Source of the DNA: Thermoanaerobaculia bacterium | Lineage (GTDB): Bacteria; Acidobacteriota; Thermoanaerobaculia; Multivoradales; Multivoraceae | Length of the DNA stretch: 64,000 nt | Direction of reading: 5' to 3' | Assembly: GCA_963666565.1 (NCBI GenBank) | Contig: OY762911.1 | Span: forward strand, 3,552,001 to 3,616,000 | In this document: piece after piece, positions 61,352-64,000 of the stretch | Layout of the letters: each line of letters opens with the position of its first letter | Position numbering within the stretch: the stretch's first letter is position 1 | Position numbers and translations under genes: made by a program | Notes under the pieces: model-generated | Databases searched by the model: none | What the model was told of the DNA's origin: nothing | Seen by the model: only the letters and a program-made list of their open reading frames with translations

Positions 61352-62713
61352 TCAGCGTTGTCGACTCGACGCGCCGCGGCCGGGATCTCCGACCCGGCCA
61401 TCCGGTTCGCCTCCCAGACCGCGGAGAATCTCCCGCGCGCGGGGGTGATCCGGGTCGAGTTGGAGCGCCTTCTCCAACTGCCGCAGTCCTTCCTCGGGGT
61501 GTCCCGTCCTGATGTAGGCGATGGTGAGGAGAGCGTAGGCGTCGGCGCGCCCGGGATCGATCTCGATCGCCCGCTCCAGGGCGGCGGCGGCCTCCGGGTT
61601 GCGGTCGGCGAGGCCGTAGACGACGCCCAGGTTGAGGTGGGCGTCGTAGGAGTCGGGATCGAGCCGCAGGACCTGGCGGTAGAGGCGTTCGGCGGCGGCG
61701 TGCTCCCCCGCCGCCAGCCGCTCGTTCGCGGTCCGGATCATCGTCTGGGTGTCCCGGACCAGATCGAAGACGGCCTCCAGCATCGGGTCGTCGAGGCTCG
61801 AAACCTCCGCGTTCTCCAGCCCGGCCAGGAGTTCGCCGGCGCGCGCCGGGTTGCCGAGTTGCCGCTCGGTCGTGGCCAGCAGGTAGCGGGTCTCGCGGTG
61901 CGCCGGATCGAGCGCGAGCGCCGCGCGCAGATGCGCGGCCGCGGCCTCCGGCCGGCCCCGGCGCCGGGCCGCCTTGCCCAGACCGAGTTCGCCCCAGGGG
62001 GCGCCGGGCGCCGCGGCTCGCGCCGCGCGGAACGCCCGCTCGGCGCCGTCCGGGTCGTTCGCGGCGAGCAGGGCGTTGCCGAGCCGGACGCGGGCGGCCC
62101 AGTACGACGGCCGGAGTTCCAGGGTGCGCTCGAAGCGGCGGGCCGCTTCGCCGTGAGCGCCGCGGCCGGCGGCGAGGAAGCCGAGGTAGTACGGCCACTC
62201 GGGCGCCGAGGGATCGAGCCGTTCCGCCAGCTCGTAGCAGCGGCGGGCCTGGTCGACGTAGCGGTGAGCCTGGTAGAGGCGGCCCAGGGCGCCGACGGAG
62301 GCGCCGTTCGCCGGGTCGCGGTCGACGACCGAGAGGGCGTCGCGGACGGCGGTGGCGAAGCCGGGGTCGAGGTCGGAGAGGTCGGGGATGCGGGGGACTC
62401 CGGCGGCTGCGGCAGCAGGCGAGAGTGCTTCGGGCCGGTAGTCCGACGGCGGCCCGGCGCAGCCGAGCAGGAGGGCCAGCAGGACCGCGGATGCGGGCCG
62501 AAGTGACGTTCGCTGAGTGGAGCGACGCCACCAGTGTCGCCGTTGTTCCGGGTGCGCGGGTCTTCCGACCCGCATCCGCCGGAGGCGGCGTCCAGAATCG
62601 TCGCCGGCCTCCGGCCGGCGGCCGTACCGTTCGGGTTGCGCCGCTCCGCGGCGCCCCCCGCAGGCGGGTCGGAAGACCCGCGCACCCAGAGTCAGGGCGT
62701 CACTCCGCGTCAC
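61352..62713 (-). CDS. TPR-repeat lipoprotein (start uncertain: GTG 62713 or ATG 62575)
   Basis: LLLGC lipobox, multiple TPR-like repeats; frame stays open through the repeat element. Confidence 0.8.
   Translation of the reverse strand: MTRSDALTLGARVFRPACGGRRGAAQPERYGRRPEAGDDSGRRLRRMRVGRPAHPEQRRHWWRRSTQRTSLRPASAVLLALLLGCAGPPSDYRPEALSPAAAAAGVPRIPDLSDLDPGFATAVRDALSVVDRDPANGASVGALGRLYQAHRYVDQARRCYELAERLDPSAPEWPYYLGFLAAGRGAHGEAARRFERTLELRPSYWAARVRLGNALLAANDPDGAERAFRAARAAAPGAPWGELGLGKAARRRGRPEAAAAHLRAALALDPAHRETRYLLATTERQLGNPARAGELLAGLENAEVSSLDDPMLEAVFDLVRDTQTMIRTANERLAAGEHAAAERLYRQVLRLDPDSYDAHLNLGVVYGLADRNPEAAAALERAIEIDPGRADAYALLTIAYIRTGHPEEGLRQLEKALQLDPDHPRAREILRGLGGEPDGRVGDPGRGASSRQR
62550..62687. 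repeat. Palindromic element family A (complete, 138 bp)
   Basis: 24-bp terminal inverted repeats and conserved core. Confidence 0.9.
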
Positions 62714-64000
62714 GGCAGACTCCCTCGGCGGGCCGTTCGTCGCCGGGCGCCAGAAGGCGCAGAATGCGGTTCGCCTCCACGTCCGTCCGCTCGGTGAGGG
62801 CGCCATCGGGCCAGCGCACTTCCAGCCGGTCGACGCGGCCGGCGTCGCCGAGGCCGAAGTGGATCCGTGGATCGTTGGCGACGGCGAAGCCGTGGGCGGG
62901 GCGAACATCGCGGGAGAAGCTCCGCCCTGCCGCCTCGACGGTCACCCGCGCGCCGATAGCCGAGCGGTCGAAAACGCCGCCGCCGCAGAGGTCGACGATC
63001 AGCCAAGAGTGCGCGTTGCCGACCTCGTTCCAGAGCAGCCGCGCGGGTCCTTCGTTGTTGACGAGCAGGACGTCGACGTCGCCGTCGTTGTCCAGGTCGC
63101 CGAACGCGGCGCCCCGGCTCACTTCGAGGAGCTCGAACGCGGCGCCCGCCGAGGCCGACGCGTCTTCGTAGCGTCCCGAGGGCAGACCGCGCAGCAACTG
63201 GTTCGGCTCGCGATAGTCGAAGGCGGCGGTGTCGCCCGGCGTCACCTTGCCGTTGGCGACGAACAGGTCGAGAATGCCGTCGCCGTCGTAGTCGAACCAG
63301 GACGTGCCGAAGCCGGTGTAGGGCTTGCTCACGCCGCCGAGGCCCAGTTCGTCCGTCTCGTCCAGGAAGAAGCCGCCGCCGTCGTTGCGGTAGAAGGTGT
63401 TCGTCTCGCCGCTCAGGTGGGTCAGGAACAGGTCGAGGTCGCCGTCGCCGTCCGGGTCGGCCACGGCGATTCCCATGCCGGCTTCGGGCTGGCCCAGTTC
63501 GTTGAGCGCCGCGCCGCGTGCCAGGGCGTCCTCGCGGAACGTGCCGTCGCCCCGGTTCAGCCACAGGTGGTTCGCCGCCTGGTCGTTGGCGACGTACAGA
63601 TCGACCAGGCCGTCGCCGTCGAAGTCCGCCGCCGCCGCGCCCAGCCCCGGACCGGCGACGGAGCGGATGCCGGCGGTCTCGCTCACGTCGGCGAAGCGGC
63701 CGCCGCCCTCGTTGCGGTAGAGCGTGTCCGGCGCAGGCGGGTACTCGGCCGGGTTGCAGTAGTTGCGGAGTCCGTTCGGCCCCAGGCAAGGCCGCTCCCG
63801 CGCGGCGCTCCAGACGACGTAGTTGACGACGAAGAGGTCCAGGTCCAGGTCGCCGTCGTAGTCGAAGAAGACGCCGCCCGAGGACCAGGCCGGATCGTCG
63901 ACGCCGGCCCGCGCGGTCACGTCCTCGAACGCGCCGCCGCCCAGGTTCCGGTAGAGACGGTTGGCGCCGACGTTCATCACGTAGAGGTCCACCCGGCCGT
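62700..64000 (-). CDS. CRTAC1 / FG-GAP + ASPIC-UnbV protein (5' end runs off the window)
   Basis: Repeated DxDGDGDxDL motifs, SRGAAFGDLDNDGD, AIGARV, HFGLG, VRWPDG. Confidence 0.92.
   Translation of the reverse strand, partial: GRVDLYVMNVGANRLYRNLGGGAFEDVTARAGVDDPAWSSGGVFFDYDGDLDLDLFVVNYVVWSAARERPCLGPNGLRNYCNPAEYPPAPDTLYRNEGGGRFADVSETAGIRSVAGPGLGAAAADFDGDGLVDLYVANDQAANHLWLNRGDGTFREDALARGAALNELGQPEAGMGIAVADPDGDGDLDLFLTHLSGETNTFYRNDGGGFFLDETDELGLGGVSKPYTGFGTSWFDYDGDGILDLFVANGKVTPGDTAAFDYREPNQLLRGLPSGRYEDASASAGAAFELLEVSRGAAFGDLDNDGDVDVLLVNNEGPARLLWNEVGNAHSWLIVDLCGGGVFDRSAIGARVTVEAAGRSFSRDVRPAHGFAVANDPRIHFGLGDAGRVDRLEVRWPDGALTERTDVEANRILRLLAPGDERPAEGVCRDAE

Overview
High-GC bacterial chromosomal segment. 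Gene content (Thermoanaerobaculia-type C-terminal FWFF repeats, CRTAC1/ASPIC and TPR proteins, sulfotransferase, DUF1800/DUF1501) suggests an Acidobacteriota bacterium, possibly a sponge-associated lineage (inference). Housekeeping genes include pyrRBC, smc and xth. Three unusual electron-transfer modules stand out. (1) An alternative complex III core (actC-actD-actF, no actA/B/E) is flanked by two amicyanin-like blue-copper proteins and co-transcribed with an A-family oxidase whose K-channel Lys is missing. (2) A Rieske / cytochrome b / HAO-like octaheme operon. (3) A cytochrome c'-like gene, two DUF6644-like membrane genes and two PQQ dehydrogenases. There is also a compositionally distinct two-gene nuclease + Zn-ribbon methyltransferase island and two families of dispersed palindromic non-coding elements; one copy may sit in frame in a TPR lipoprotein gene. 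Other signals are a tandem NrdR-box-like pair between pyrR and smc and a large modular secreted nuclease. No rRNA, tRNA, CRISPR array or transposase was seen. All family assignments come from motif recognition by eye, not database searches.
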